A stretch of DNA of 64,000 nucleotides. Origin: Candidatus Cloacimonadota bacterium. GTDB taxonomy: Bacteria > Cloacimonadota > Cloacimonadia > G963667145. The position numbers and the translations under genes were made by a program. Positions 17,998-28,381 of this stretch are shown one piece after another (within the stretch, counting starts at the first letter, position 1; every line of letters begins with the position of its first letter). The stretch covers positions 556,510 to 620,509 of the forward strand of contig OY762940.1 in the NCBI GenBank assembly GCA_963667255.1, read 5' to 3'. The notes beneath the pieces were generated by a model. It was not told where the DNA came from, made no database searches, and was given only the letters and a program-made list of their open reading frames with translations.

Positions 17998-19747
17998 ATT
18001 AAAAGTTTTCTTCTTCCTAATTTTCCTCTGCTTTTTGGTTTTTCTCGCCAGATTAATGTGGATGCAGATAAAACTCGGGGAATATTATCAAGAGGTTGCC
18101 CAAAGCAATAGTTTCACAAAGAGGATTGTTCCCCCGCAAAGAGGTATGATTTATGACCGCAGATTTCGACCTTTGGCAATGAACCGTCCGTCTATTAACC
18201 TCTATATTCATCCGGACAAAGTGGACAAGTTGTCGAGATACACCGACTTTTTGTTTCCCATTTTTGGCTCTGATAGCAGTGCGTTTGCGATTAGTTTGAG
18301 CAAAAAACTCTCCGAAAATAGTTCCAATATTCTTTTGCAGGAAGATTTGGAGTATTTGCAATTTGTCAAGATTGCGGAGAATTTGAACAACTATCCAGCG
18401 ATAGAGATAAAAAACGAGAGCAGAAGAAAATACGCCATAAAATCGCATTTTCTTGGGTATGTTCGCAGTATCGATGCTGACGAATACAAAGAGCTGAGGG
18501 AATCGGACTACTCTTTGAATAGTTTCATCGGTAAAAGAGGCTTGGAAAAGCAGTATGAAACACTTTTGCGAGGTAAACCTGGTTACAAATTGGAGCAGAA
18601 GGACGCTTTCGGCAGGACTTCGGGGTTGGTTGCTGAGGGGCTAAAGGTGCAGAATGGCAAGTCTTTGGTTTTGAGTATTGATATGGACTTGCAAAACTAT
18701 ATCGGCGACTGCTTTGCGGGTAAAGACTACAAAGGTTTTATCGGGGTGATGGATGCCACTACAGGCGGTATTTTGGCTTATGTCAGTTTGCCTCAGTATG
18801 ACAACAATTTGCTAAATCAGACTATTAGCCGAGATGTTTGGCTTTCGCTACTTAACGATACTCTAAATCCGCTTTTGGATAGAGGAGTAGGTGCTGTTTA
18901 TCCTCCGGGTTCTATATTCAAGCCTATACCGGCTTCGCTCGGGTTGGAAGAAAACATTATCGATGAAAATACCACTTTGACTAAATGCACAGGTTCTTTC
19001 CGTTATGGAGGTAATGTTTTTAGATGTTGGGACCATAGTGGGCATGGGTCTCTTAATGTGGTTGGTGCTTTGAAACACTCTTGTGATGTGTTTTTTTATG
19101 ATTTATCTCTGCGGTTGAATTTGGAAAATTTCCGCCAGTTTACCAAAGAAAACGGAATAACCGTGAAAACAGGGATAGATGTGCCAGACGAAGTTATGGG
19201 ATTTTTCCCAAGTCGCTATTGGTATCTGAAGAAGTATCCTTTTACCTCATCGCAACAGGGTTTCAAAATCAACCTCTCTATCGGGCAAGGCGAATTACAG
19301 GTTACACCGATGCAGATGCTGGCGTATTACGGTGCTTTGGCTAACGGAGGAGTTTGGAGACAGCCACACTTTTTGAAAAAAGTGGTAGGCAATTCGGACG
19401 ACATTGAGTTCTCTTCTCGCCCATTGGAAATCTCGCAAAGCACGCTGGCTATCCTGGAGAGAGGTTTGTATGCGGTGGTAAACGACAAAGACGGCACAGC
19501 ACCGAGAGCCAAGCTAAAGAATCCGATAATGTATGGCAAAACGGGTTCAGCCCAAAATCATGTTAGCGATTTGCCCCATGTTTGGTTTGCAGGATATTGC
19601 CGATACAAAGACCCCACTTATCCTACGCTGGCTTATATAGTTATGTTTGAAAATCGAGACGGGGGAGGAGGCTCTATTGCTGCTCCTGTTGCCGCTCGGA
19701 TTATTAGTGAATACACCAATATTTTGAGAGAAAGAAGGAAAAAATGA
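17981..19747 (+). CDS. mrdA: Penicillin-binding protein 2 (elongasome transpeptidase)
   Basis: 588 aa with an N-terminal TM. The transpeptidase motifs are STxK-like (GSIFKP), SxD (SCD) and KTG (GKTGSAQ). Confidence 0.9.
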   Translation: MKNQDRLKVFFFLIFLCFLVFLARLMWMQIKLGEYYQEVAQSNSFTKRIVPPQRGMIYDRRFRPLAMNRPSINLYIHPDKVDKLSRYTDFLFPIFGSDSSAFAISLSKKLSENSSNILLQEDLEYLQFVKIAENLNNYPAIEIKNESRRKYAIKSHFLGYVRSIDADEYKELRESDYSLNSFIGKRGLEKQYETLLRGKPGYKLEQKDAFGRTSGLVAEGLKVQNGKSLVLSIDMDLQNYIGDCFAGKDYKGFIGVMDATTGGILAYVSLPQYDNNLLNQTISRDVWLSLLNDTLNPLLDRGVGAVYPPGSIFKPIPASLGLEENIIDENTTLTKCTGSFRYGGNVFRCWDHSGHGSLNVVGALKHSCDVFFYDLSLRLNLENFRQFTKENGITVKTGIDVPDEVMGFFPSRYWYLKKYPFTSSQQGFKINLSIGQGELQVTPMQMLAYYGALANGGVWRQPHFLKKVVGNSDDIEFSSRPLEISQSTLAILERGLYAVVNDKDGTAPRAKLKNPIMYGKTGSAQNHVSDLPHVWFAGYCRYKDPTYPTLAYIVMFENRDGGGGSIAAPVAARIISEYTNILRERRKK

Positions 19748-20964
19748 GAGGATTTTTTGACACCAGAAAATTGGATTTGCCCCTTTTTATTCTGTATATT
19801 TTGCTTCTTGTCATAGGTTGGTTGGCAATCTATAGTGCCACTTACCACGCTTCTTTGGCACAACAAACACCTTTGGACAAATTATACATCAAACAAGCTT
19901 TTTGGATAATATTTTCCGGCTTGGTTGTTGTGGGCATTTTGAAAACGCCTATGCGGTATCTGGAGATGTTTCCCAAGAGTATTTTCATCTTTTCCGTCAT
20001 CTTGTTGATAGCAGTATTTATGTTTCCGGCTGTCAAAGGCTCTCATCGCTGGATAAGGTTCTCGGGCTTTCAGTTTCAGCCTTCGGAGTTGATGAAAATA
20101 GGGTTTATCTTGTATGGAGCGAAGCTATTGACAGATGCCAAAAACTTGGTCGAGATAGTGTGGAAATGGGCTTTGCTTCTCGTTTTGACCACTGGACTCA
20201 TCGTGATAGAGCCAAACCTCAGTGCGACACTGGTCTACTTCTTCATCTCCTTTGTAATGCTCAGCTTTTCCCGAATACCATTCTGCTATTTGGTATCAGT
20301 TTTAGCACCTTTTTTTAGTGTCGTTTTCATAACAAACATTTGGCTGTTCTTTGTCTATTTCGCTTTTATCGCCTATTACCTGTTTCGCCATACGGATTTG
20401 TCCATTGTGAAAAGAAGTATCTCTGTTTTGCTTATTTTGTTTGTTTATTTCAATATTCCAGTCGCTTGGAATTTGCTGAAGGATTATCAAAAAAATCGTA
20501 TTTTGGTTTTCTTGGATCCGAGTTTAGACCCTCTCGGAGCGGGATATCAGATTATCCAGTCCAAGATAGCCATCGGTTCTGGCGAGATTTTTGGCAAGGG
20601 CTATATGCAGGGAACACAGAAGAATTTACGATTTCTCCCCGAGAGTCACAACGATTTTATCTTTTCCACTCTTTGTGAGGAAACTGGTTTTTTGGGAGCA
20701 TTTTTTCTTTTGCTAATCTATTTTTTATTTTTTTGGCGAATTATTTACTTGACGAGTAATCAGAAGGATGGGAATAGATTTTTGGTTAGTGTAGGGTTTC
20801 TATCTTTTTTGTTTTATCAGTTTTTGGTAAATATTGGTATGACATTGGGGTTGCTACCCTCCACGGGAGTTCCGTTGCCTCTCTTGAGTTACGGAGGCTC
20901 CAACTTACTGATAGTATCGATTGCGGTTGCGTATTTGATAAAAAAATCAGAATATAGTAGTTGA
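19744..20964 (+). CDS. rodA: SEDS-family peptidoglycan polymerase RodA
   Basis: 406-aa FtsW/RodA/SpoVE-family polytopic protein (QPSELMKI, LPESHNDFIFS, GVPLPLLSYGGS). The start overlaps the mrdA stop as ATGA. Confidence 0.9.
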   Translation: MRGFFDTRKLDLPLFILYILLLVIGWLAIYSATYHASLAQQTPLDKLYIKQAFWIIFSGLVVVGILKTPMRYLEMFPKSIFIFSVILLIAVFMFPAVKGSHRWIRFSGFQFQPSELMKIGFILYGAKLLTDAKNLVEIVWKWALLLVLTTGLIVIEPNLSATLVYFFISFVMLSFSRIPFCYLVSVLAPFFSVVFITNIWLFFVYFAFIAYYLFRHTDLSIVKRSISVLLILFVYFNIPVAWNLLKDYQKNRILVFLDPSLDPLGAGYQIIQSKIAIGSGEIFGKGYMQGTQKNLRFLPESHNDFIFSTLCEETGFLGAFFLLLIYFLFFWRIIYLTSNQKDGNRFLVSVGFLSFLFYQFLVNIGMTLGLLPSTGVPLPLLSYGGSNLLIVSIAVAYLIKKSEYSS

Positions 20965-20978
20965 TTAAGGAGACTAAA

Positions 20979-21236
20979 ATGAGTTTTGTTTACAAAAAGG
21001 ACGATTTTTGCATTCCTGTGACCAAGGCTTGCAGTAGATCAGAGGTTGAGTTTATCGTTAAAGATTTTATCAACAAGAAGATTACTTTTTGCCTTGGAGG
21101 AGATGAAGAAGAGACGGAAATTTGGCGTCAAGCCGGAGATAGAGATTTGGATTGCATCAAGAAAAAAGGTTCGCCGGACAATCCTGTAGCTGTTTATGTA
21201 GATGGAGTTAAGCAAGAAGATTATACTATCGGCTAA
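20979..21236 (+). CDS. Hypothetical small protein
   Basis: ATG at 20979 preceded by AAGGAG at good spacing. 85 aa, with no recognised domain. Confidence 0.45.
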   Translation: MSFVYKKDDFCIPVTKACSRSEVEFIVKDFINKKITFCLGGDEEETEIWRQAGDRDLDCIKKKGSPDNPVAVYVDGVKQEDYTIG

Positions 21237-21242
21237 TTTCAG

Positions 21243-21809
21243 GTGAAATTTTATATTTCATTCTTGTGCCTTACTCTGTTTTATAGTTTTTCATGGGCTC
21301 ACCCACACATTTGGGTTGAGTCCAGTTTGATTTTGACTCTCAAGGACGATTCTGTGGGCGAGTTGCAAAATAGTTGGAGCTTTGACCCGATGTTCAGCAG
21401 TATCATTTTTGAAGATTACGATGCCAATCATGACGGCAAATTCACCCAAAATGAGATTGCAACGATTGAGAAAGAGGCTTTTGCAAATCTCAAGAATTTC
21501 GATTTTTATTCCTATGTGTTCGTAGATGGGGTAAAGAAATCTGTCAGATATTCCGATTTTAGTGTGGTGGCAGACGGAGAAAAGGTTGTTTACTCATTCA
21601 AAATACTGTTCAACTACTCTCCGAACCCAAACTCTACTCTGCTCTTTGCCACATACGACCCGACAATTTTTACCGATTTGCTTTTGGTGGACGATCCATT
21701 AGTGATTTTGCCCGATGGTTACAGATACACCATGAGTTACAAAAAAGATGTGATTTTGGACGACATTGAGTTTCCCAGCATGGTTAGATTGGAGGTAGGG
21801 AAGCAATGA
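21243..21809 (+). CDS. DUF1007-family periplasmic protein (partner of NicO-type metal transporters)
   Basis: Signal peptide followed by HPHIWVES, the hallmark start of DUF1007 proteins. The stop overlaps the next gene as ATGA. Confidence 0.65.
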   Translation: MKFYISFLCLTLFYSFSWAHPHIWVESSLILTLKDDSVGELQNSWSFDPMFSSIIFEDYDANHDGKFTQNEIATIEKEAFANLKNFDFYSYVFVDGVKKSVRYSDFSVVADGEKVVYSFKILFNYSPNPNSTLLFATYDPTIFTDLLLVDDPLVILPDGYRYTMSYKKDVILDDIEFPSMVRLEVGKQ

Positions 21810-22651
21810 AAAGGCTAATTCTTGCGGTTATGATTTTCTCCTTTTTTGCTTCTATTTATGCGTCCAATCCTTTTTTTGCAGGGAAGAAGAACCCCTCGAC
21901 TGACAAGACGGAAGTTTTGACGACCAGCAAAGCTTTTTTGTCGCTGATGAAGTTGCAACGGGAGCTAAATCAAAAAATTGTTGTCGCCAGCAAAAAGGTA
22001 AAAGAGGACTGGAAATCTCTGTTCCCGCTAATTTTCTTGGTGTTTGCTTACGGAGTTATTCATGCCATTGGTCCGGGTCACGGAAAAGTTTTTTCGATTT
22101 TTTATTTTATGTCCGAAAAGGTCACGATTGCCAGAGGGATTTTGCTCAGTATGATTGTCGGTTTTTTCCACGGACTTATGGGAGTTTTGCTGGTTGTTTT
22201 TCTCAAGTATATTCTGCAAATTTACAGCTACTTGTTGCAACAAAATGTTTCGTTGGTAATCCAGCGGGTGTCGTTCTTTTTAATTTCGTTGCTGGGATTG
22301 TATTTTTTTGTCAGGAAGTTTGCGAAGAGGAGTAGCAACGATGTTGAACAGAAAGGCGGAATTGCTTTGGCTTTTTCCGTATCGATGGTGCCTTGCCCTG
22401 GGGTAGTGATGATTATGCTGTTTTGCATCTCCAACGATGCGTTGCCTTTGGGATTGCTCTTGAGCGGATTTATGAGCTTGGGAATGGCTTTGACGATAGC
22501 GAGCGTAGGATTGTTGGTTTTGAATTTGAGAAAGCTCTCTTTTACCGTTTCCAATTTTTCGATATTTGATAAAATCCGAGTTTCGTTCGATTATTTTTTT
22601 GCTTTTTTATTGTTTCTTTACGGAACGATTCTATTTATTGGTAGCTTGTAA
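21806..22651 (+). CDS. NicO/RcnA-family nickel/cobalt transporter
   Basis: Polytopic membrane protein with the HAIGPGHGK signature of the NicO family. Confidence 0.75.
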   Translation: MKRLILAVMIFSFFASIYASNPFFAGKKNPSTDKTEVLTTSKAFLSLMKLQRELNQKIVVASKKVKEDWKSLFPLIFLVFAYGVIHAIGPGHGKVFSIFYFMSEKVTIARGILLSMIVGFFHGLMGVLLVVFLKYILQIYSYLLQQNVSLVIQRVSFFLISLLGLYFFVRKFAKRSSNDVEQKGGIALAFSVSMVPCPGVVMIMLFCISNDALPLGLLLSGFMSLGMALTIASVGLLVLNLRKLSFTVSNFSIFDKIRVSFDYFFAFLLFLYGTILFIGSL

Positions 22652-22674
22652 GATAAGAGATTTATGGAGATTAT

Positions 22675-23307
22675 ATGAGAAGATTTTTGCGAGACCCGCT
22701 GAGTGGTTTTACCCATTTTGTCGGATTTGGATTAGCCATTTGGGCTTTGGTGATGTTGCTCATCCGCCCGCATAACACGGCAATGAGTTATACATCTCTA
22801 TCCATTTTCGGCTCGGGAATGATATTGCTGTATCTATTCAGCACGCTTTATCATTGGTTACCTTTGCGGGAGAGAGGAGTGAGGATTTTTCGCAAAATAG
22901 ACCACATTATGATTTTTGTTTTTATTGCTGCGTCTTACACACCTATTTGCTTATTGTCGTTGCAAGGAGGTTGGGGTTGGACTATCTTCGGTATCTGCTG
23001 GGGATTGGTAGTTTTCGGAGTTTTTTTGAAAATATTTTGGCTCTCCGCTCCGAGGTGGCTTTATACAGGCATTTATTTGGCGATGGGTTGGATTGTGGTG
23101 ATTGCCATTAAAAAGGTAATAGCGAATATTCCCCCAAAGGGTCTCATTTTGCTGCTTTTGGGCGGAATTTTCTATTCGCTCGGAGCAGTGATTTATGCAC
23201 TGAAGAAGCCCAACTTTAAGATTTTCGGGTTTCACGAAATTTGGCATATTTTTGTGATGCTGGGGAGTTTTTCCCATTTCTATATGATTTATTATTTTGT
23301 GTATTAG
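22675..23307 (+). CDS. Hemolysin III / PAQR-family membrane protein
   Basis: 210 aa with 7 TM segments. Motifs are LYLFSTLYH, RKIDHIMIFVFIAASYTP and HEIWHIFV. Confidence 0.85.
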   Translation: MRRFLRDPLSGFTHFVGFGLAIWALVMLLIRPHNTAMSYTSLSIFGSGMILLYLFSTLYHWLPLRERGVRIFRKIDHIMIFVFIAASYTPICLLSLQGGWGWTIFGICWGLVVFGVFLKIFWLSAPRWLYTGIYLAMGWIVVIAIKKVIANIPPKGLILLLLGGIFYSLGAVIYALKKPNFKIFGFHEIWHIFVMLGSFSHFYMIYYFVY

Positions 23308-23357
23308 TGGTTGCCAAGAGCAATGATTTTGGTTTATAAGAGAGTAAGGAGAAAAAG

Positions 23358-23885
23358 ATGAAATACGATATTGTTGAGATGTTGAGCGTAGAGACTATAG
23401 CCAAGCGAGTCAAAGAGTTGGGGCAAGAAATAAGTAACAGCTACAAGGGGAAGGAGTTGATTTTGGTTGGACTTTTGCGTGGCTCTGTAATTTTTTTGTC
23501 GGATTTGGTCAGAGAGCTTGATTTGGATGCGAAACTCGATTTTATGGTTGTCTCCAGCTATGGCAACGATATGGAATCGTCTCGAGATGTAAAAATTCTC
23601 AAAGATTTGGAAGAGCAAATCGAGGGGAAATCCGTGTTGATAGTGGAAGATATCATCGACACAGGGTTCACTCTGAAAAAAGTCGCCAAAATTTTGAAAC
23701 TGAGAAAGCCTGAATCTTTGAAAATCTGCACTTTGCTGGATAAGCCTGAACGGCGATTGGTGGATGTGGAAGTCGATTATGTTGGGTTCAAAATTCCCGA
23801 TGAGTTCGTAGTCGGCTACGGCATAGATTACGCCCAAAGCCACAGAAATTTACCCTTCGTGGGCAAGGTCGTTCCGAAAGATTAA
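23358..23885 (+). CDS. hpt: Hypoxanthine phosphoribosyltransferase
   Basis: 175 aa. Has the PRPP loop [14 protein letters not shown] and the C-terminal [16 protein letters not shown]. Confidence 0.9.
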   Translation: MKYDIVEMLSVETIAKRVKELGQEISNSYKGKELILVGLLRGSVIFLSDLVRELDLDAKLDFMVVSSYGNDMESSRDVKILKDLEEQIEGKSVLIVEDIIDTGFTLKKVAKILKLRKPESLKICTLLDKPERRLVDVEVDYVGFKIPDEFVVGYGIDYAQSHRNLPFVGKVVPKD

Positions 23886-23904
23886 TTTTCCCGGAAAAAA
23901 AATT

Positions 23905-23935
23905 ATGGGTGGCTACTTTTACTGTAACCACCCAT
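23905..23935. terminator. Bidirectional hairpin between convergent hpt and the methyltransferase gene
   Basis: ATGGGTGG (23905-23912) pairs with CCACCCAT (23928-23935). The stem can extend with one mismatch and has T-rich flanks. Confidence 0.55.
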
Positions 23936-23955
23936 TTAATTTAACTTGATATTTT

Positions 23956-24579
23956 TCACTTACGAAAAATTATCCATAAGCCTCGCTCGTCATTTATCAT
24001 CTCAAACTTTATCCCCAAAGTCTTAACGATTCCTGCGATAAACTCTCCAGATTGCTCAACTTTAATTTTTTTTATTTTGTCTTCCCAACTCTTTCCCGAG
24101 TGTTCCAGCATTTTCAAATGAATCTCTTCTTGCAGTTTGCCACTACCAAAACCGCATCCGAAATATGCAAGACCGCCTTTGGACAAAACCCGATAAATTT
24201 CGGAAAAGGCTTTTTGTTTATTCCGCCAAAACCAGAGGGAGCCTCTGCTTATTACCAAGTCAACGGAATTGTCGTCCAAAGGGATATCCTCAACATTAGC
24301 AAGGAGATAGGAGAATTTGTCACCGTAATTTTGCTCTTTGGCAATCGCTATAGCCTCAGGGTCAACATCCAGCAAGATGAATCTCATATCTTTGGCTTGT
24401 TTGGAAACCGCATCTGCCAAAAATCCTCCCGAACTTCCCAAGTCCAGACACAAGCCTTCGCTAAACCCTGCTTTATCAAGAATTTGCCCTGCTAATAAAT
24501 CGTAGCAAGGCAAAAAAATTTGAGAAGCTATCTCATGGAAGCCTCTTGCCCCTTTTTCCATATCCTTGTCTTCAAACAT
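23956..24579 (-). CDS. Class I SAM-dependent methyltransferase
   Basis: Has motif I LDLGSSGG and the methyltransferase type 11 pattern (DLVISRGSLWFW, LSKGGLAY). It is the last gene of the ABC uptake operon. Confidence 0.75.
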   Translation of the reverse strand: MFEDKDMEKGARGFHEIASQIFLPCYDLLAGQILDKAGFSEGLCLDLGSSGGFLADAVSKQAKDMRFILLDVDPEAIAIAKEQNYGDKFSYLLANVEDIPLDDNSVDLVISRGSLWFWRNKQKAFSEIYRVLSKGGLAYFGCGFGSGKLQEEIHLKMLEHSGKSWEDKIKKIKVEQSGEFIAGIVKTLGIKFEMINDERGLWIIFRK

Positions 24580-24582
24580 ACA

Positions 24583-25641
24583 TTACTTTACAATACTCTC
24601 TGCCAAAATTTCATCAATCTCATTATAGGTTAACTCTCTATGATAAAACAGTTTATAAAATTTCTTTACTTCAGTTTTTACATCGAAATCAAAATACTCC
24701 GGATAGAGTAAGTTGGATAACCAAATAATCCCCAAAAAGCGATTGATAGAAGGAGGGCGATTCACAAAATTATAAGGCGTATTGGGAACTCTGTAAACTT
24801 TTTTATTCTTCAAAGCATCAATTTTTTGCCATGGAGAACTTTTAAAAATTTCAGAATAAAAATCCATTCCCGGTCCACAACCTTTATCCCCGCAAATCAA
24901 AACTACTTCCGGATTCCACTTTATCACTTGCTCGATATTTACGGTAGCTCTGCCATATCCTTTCAGTTCATCCGCTTTGGCGACATTGATAGCCCCCACA
25001 TAAGAGATAACTTCTGAACTCAAAGAGCCAGCCGGATCGGTTTGCAAGCCATCTACACCATCGGCATAATACAATCTAATTTTCTTTTCATCAGGAATTC
25101 TTTTTGTGACCATTTTGGTGCGGTCTAATAAATCTTGGACATACTCTGCCAGAACAGTAGCTTTCTCTTCTTCGTTAAAAATTTCGCCCAATTTCTTGTA
25201 TGTCTCAGCCGTTTTTTCCAAGGACAAACTCAAAAGCAATACAGGGATACCAAGTTTTTCTTCCATACGGTCGGCGTTGGAAATAGTTAATTCGTCAATG
25301 TCTCCAATCGATATAACCAATTCGCAACCTTCCTTCAAAATCATCTCATAGTTTGTATTGTCTCTTTTCCCAAACTTGCCACCCAGCACAGGCAACCCTT
25401 GATAATATTTACTGGTAAATCTTTTCTCTTCTTCGCTCAGAGTCCAGTTGAGTCCGCCTAATTTCCTCTCGTTCAGAGAGTAGATAATCAATGTTCCTAA
25501 CGGACTTGAAGAATAAATTTTGTTTACATTTTGGGGAATCTCCCTCGTTCTACCTGCATCGTCAGTAAATTCTCTTCCCTTGGCAAACAAACAAACAAAA
25601 CTTGATAATATCAAAATCATCAAAATTACTTTTCTTTTCAT
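24583..25641 (-). CDS. ABC transporter periplasmic substrate-binding protein (BtuF/FecB cluster A type)
   Basis: Has a signal peptide and the layout typical of siderophore/cobalamin/heme-type binding proteins. It is adjacent to a FecCD permease and a FecE-like ATPase. Confidence 0.8.
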   Translation of the reverse strand: MKRKVILMILILSSFVCLFAKGREFTDDAGRTREIPQNVNKIYSSSPLGTLIIYSLNERKLGGLNWTLSEEEKRFTSKYYQGLPVLGGKFGKRDNTNYEMILKEGCELVISIGDIDELTISNADRMEEKLGIPVLLLSLSLEKTAETYKKLGEIFNEEEKATVLAEYVQDLLDRTKMVTKRIPDEKKIRLYYADGVDGLQTDPAGSLSSEVISYVGAINVAKADELKGYGRATVNIEQVIKWNPEVVLICGDKGCGPGMDFYSEIFKSSPWQKIDALKNKKVYRVPNTPYNFVNRPPSINRFLGIIWLSNLLYPEYFDFDVKTEVKKFYKLFYHRELTYNEIDEILAESIVK

Positions 25642-25659
25642 ACATTTTCTCCTTTAATT

Positions 25660-26433
25660 TTACATAATAGGCATACAGCTTCGATAAACTTTGCCGTCAA
25701 CCTCAAAATCCATAATCTTCACGGTAATTCCGTAAATTTTCTCCATATTCTCCTCGGTAATCACAAGGCTGGCTTTGTCGTAACAAATCAAAGAACCTTC
25801 ATAAATCAAGGCAACTTTGGACGGACAAAGGAAAGCGTGATTGGGGAAATGCGAAGTCATGATGATAGTTCTCCCTTGAATTGAGAGTTCGTTAATTTTA
25901 TTCAAAATCTTTATCTGATTGCCAAAATCAAGATTGGAAGTCGGTTCGTCCAAAACCAAAATGTCAGTTTGTTGGGTCAGCACCCGAGCAATGAGAGCCA
26001 TCTGTCGCTCTCCACCACTGATTTGGTTGTAGTTGCGGTCTTTCAAATGAGCGATGCCCATCATCTCCAAAGAGTTCTCGGCAATTTCATAATCTTCGGC
26101 AGAGGGCGATGAGAAAAATCCCAAATGACTGTTTCTGCCCATTACCACTACATCCAACACGGGAAAAGCAAACGGAGTGTTGTGAGCCTGTGGAACATAG
26201 CCGATTTTTCTAGCAATCTCCCGTCGTTTGCAATCGCACATACTCATATCGCCAAGGTAAATTTCGCCTTGATGTATTTTGAGGAAGCCCAAAATAGTCT
26301 TGAAATAAGTGGTCTTTCCTGCACCGTTGGGACCAAGCACACAAACGATTTCGCCCTTTTCCACCTTCATGTTGATATTTTCCAAGACAGTTTTATTCCC
26401 ATAACCGCAGAATAGATTGTTTACTCTTAGCAT
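25660..26433 (-). CDS. ABC transporter ATP-binding protein (FecE/BtuD type)
   Basis: Walker A GPNGAGKTT, signature ISGGERQ and Walker B ILVLDEPTSNLD. Confidence 0.9.
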   Translation of the reverse strand: MLRVNNLFCGYGNKTVLENINMKVEKGEIVCVLGPNGAGKTTYFKTILGFLKIHQGEIYLGDMSMCDCKRREIARKIGYVPQAHNTPFAFPVLDVVVMGRNSHLGFFSSPSAEDYEIAENSLEMMGIAHLKDRNYNQISGGERQMALIARVLTQQTDILVLDEPTSNLDFGNQIKILNKINELSIQGRTIIMTSHFPNHAFLCPSKVALIYEGSLICYDKASLVITEENMEKIYGITVKIMDFEVDGKVYRSCMPIM

Positions 26434-27473
26434 CAGAAATTTTCCTTTTTGTTGTTGAACAACAGATAGAGGAAAAATGGTCCTCCGATGAGAGAGGTTA
26501 AAATGCCCAAGGGAATCTCTACAGCCGCTACATTTCTCGCAAAATTATCTACTATCAGGAGGAATACACTCCCCAATAAGCCGGAGGCAGGTATTACATA
26601 TTTGTAATTTTGCCCTACTATGTATCTGCACATATGGGGCACTATTAGTCCTATCCAGCCTATCATTCCGCAAATGGAGATAGATGCTGCCGTTAGCAAG
26701 GTCGTTCCAAAAATTATAACAAGTCTAAGTGAAAATGTCGATATTCCCATCGATTTTGCTTCATCATCGCCAAAAGCCAGCAGATTGATTTTCCAGCGAA
26801 GCAAAATTAGAGGGACAAAGCCGATTGCAAGCGGGATAGTTATCAAATAGATATCCAAAGCGGTCACCGAGGACAGAGAGCCCATCAGCCAAAAAACTAT
26901 CGTGGGAAGTTTGCTGTTTGGGTCAGCGACATATTTTATCAGAGAGACAAAAGCGGTAAATAGACTGCTCACCACCATTCCCGTGAGAATCATCGTCAAA
27001 GTTATATCGCCCTTTTTTGCGAGGAAGTGACTGCCAAAGAAAGTTATGAGCACAGCTATCAGCCCGAAAATGAAAGCACTTATTTGGATAAAAAGGAAAT
27101 TGAAAGAGAAAAGTATTCCCAGTGCCGCTCCAAAGCCTGAACCTGCTGCAGCCCCTAATATATTCGGGGAGACCATTGGATTGCGAAACACTCCCTGACT
27201 GGCGGCTCCCGCCATAGACAGAGCACCACCCACCAGCATTGCTGCTATTACCCTCGGCAATCTCACAGACAAAACAACAGCCTGAAAGACATCACTTGCC
27301 TCGTTGTGCAATATCCCCAATTTGCCGAGAAGCACTCTCATCACATCTACAGGCGAAATGTAAAACCTACCCAAAGCCAAAGACGCAAAGAAGACGATTA
27401 TCAGCACTACAAAAATAATCGTTATTTTGACTTCGGGCGAGTTTCTATTTAGGGATTCCCCTTTTTTAGTCAT
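26433..27473 (-). CDS. FecCD/BtuC-family ABC permease
   Basis: 346 aa with about 9-10 TM segments. Has the typical RLPRVIAAMLVGGALSMAGA motif. Confidence 0.9.
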   Translation of the reverse strand: MTKKGESLNRNSPEVKITIIFVVLIIVFFASLALGRFYISPVDVMRVLLGKLGILHNEASDVFQAVVLSVRLPRVIAAMLVGGALSMAGAASQGVFRNPMVSPNILGAAAGSGFGAALGILFSFNFLFIQISAFIFGLIAVLITFFGSHFLAKKGDITLTMILTGMVVSSLFTAFVSLIKYVADPNSKLPTIVFWLMGSLSSVTALDIYLITIPLAIGFVPLILLRWKINLLAFGDDEAKSMGISTFSLRLVIIFGTTLLTAASISICGMIGWIGLIVPHMCRYIVGQNYKYVIPASGLLGSVFLLIVDNFARNVAAVEIPLGILTSLIGGPFFLYLLFNNKKENF

Positions 27474-27484
27474 CTATAAAATTT

Positions 27485-28381
27485 TTACAAATTCCATACT
27501 AATTTCACAAAGAGTTTGAAATCTGGTTCCAAATCATTATCATCATAATATCTGTATATAGGGAATTCCACACTAAGATCATAGCTTAAGTCAGAGGTTA
27601 CTCTGCCACCAAGACCAACGAGCCACCCGATAGTTGAGCTGCCATCATTTTGGGTTACACCGTAAGTTTTACTATCTGCAACAACCTCTCCAGTAAGTTC
27701 GGTTTTTATGCTTACAAAATTTTCTAAATATCTAGTATAAGACAAAATCCAACCCCACTCATCTCCGTCTTTATAGCCATAACAACCCTCTGAAAGAGCT
27801 ATTCTATAAGTGTTGGAAACAAAAAACATATTATCTCCGAACTCTTTCCTCAATTTCAACTCCAACATATTGGCAAAAGCTCCGGAACCAAGATCCAGTA
27901 CACCTGGCTTATTAAATACTGAAGAAGATACATGAGTATGTCCTGTCGGTAAAGTGACACTATAATAGGCTGCTAAAGCCCAAGGATCTTTTTTCTTTTG
28001 AGCCCATAGCCCATATTGGAAAAAAATCATCATATCAGCTAAGCCAAAATTGTCATCTTTCCCAAAGCTCGCCTCAGATATTTTCTTCACAACAGGAATT
28101 TGAAGTTTGATGTCAAAATTGTGCCCAAGCCCACGACGGATCATCAGATTTTCTCTAATCATTGTTGTTTCCCAATCATTACGCTCAATTCCTCTAGTGG
28201 AACCTTCATAATAGTGTATTTTCTTGAAATACATAGTCTTGGAAACAATAATCATCTTCCCTTTGGGTAAAATCAACCCTCTAAAATAGTTAGGGGTTCT
28301 TTTGCCTCCCGTTTCCTCTGCCAGCAAAATTTGGCAGAGTCCCATTGCTACAAAAATAAACACACATAAGATTTTCTTCAT
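27485..28381 (-). CDS. Putative outer-membrane beta-barrel protein, first gene of the ABC uptake operon
   Basis: Has a signal peptide (MKKILCVFIFVAMGLCQILLA), alternating beta-strand-like pattern and aromatic-rich strands. It may belong to the MetA-pathway/transporter-like OMP family, which I could not verify. Confidence 0.5.
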   Translation of the reverse strand: MKKILCVFIFVAMGLCQILLAEETGGKRTPNYFRGLILPKGKMIIVSKTMYFKKIHYYEGSTRGIERNDWETTMIRENLMIRRGLGHNFDIKLQIPVVKKISEASFGKDDNFGLADMMIFFQYGLWAQKKKDPWALAAYYSVTLPTGHTHVSSSVFNKPGVLDLGSGAFANMLELKLRKEFGDNMFFVSNTYRIALSEGCYGYKDGDEWGWILSYTRYLENFVSIKTELTGEVVADSKTYGVTQNDGSSTIGWLVGLGGRVTSDLSYDLSVEFPIYRYYDDNDLEPDFKLFVKLVWNL

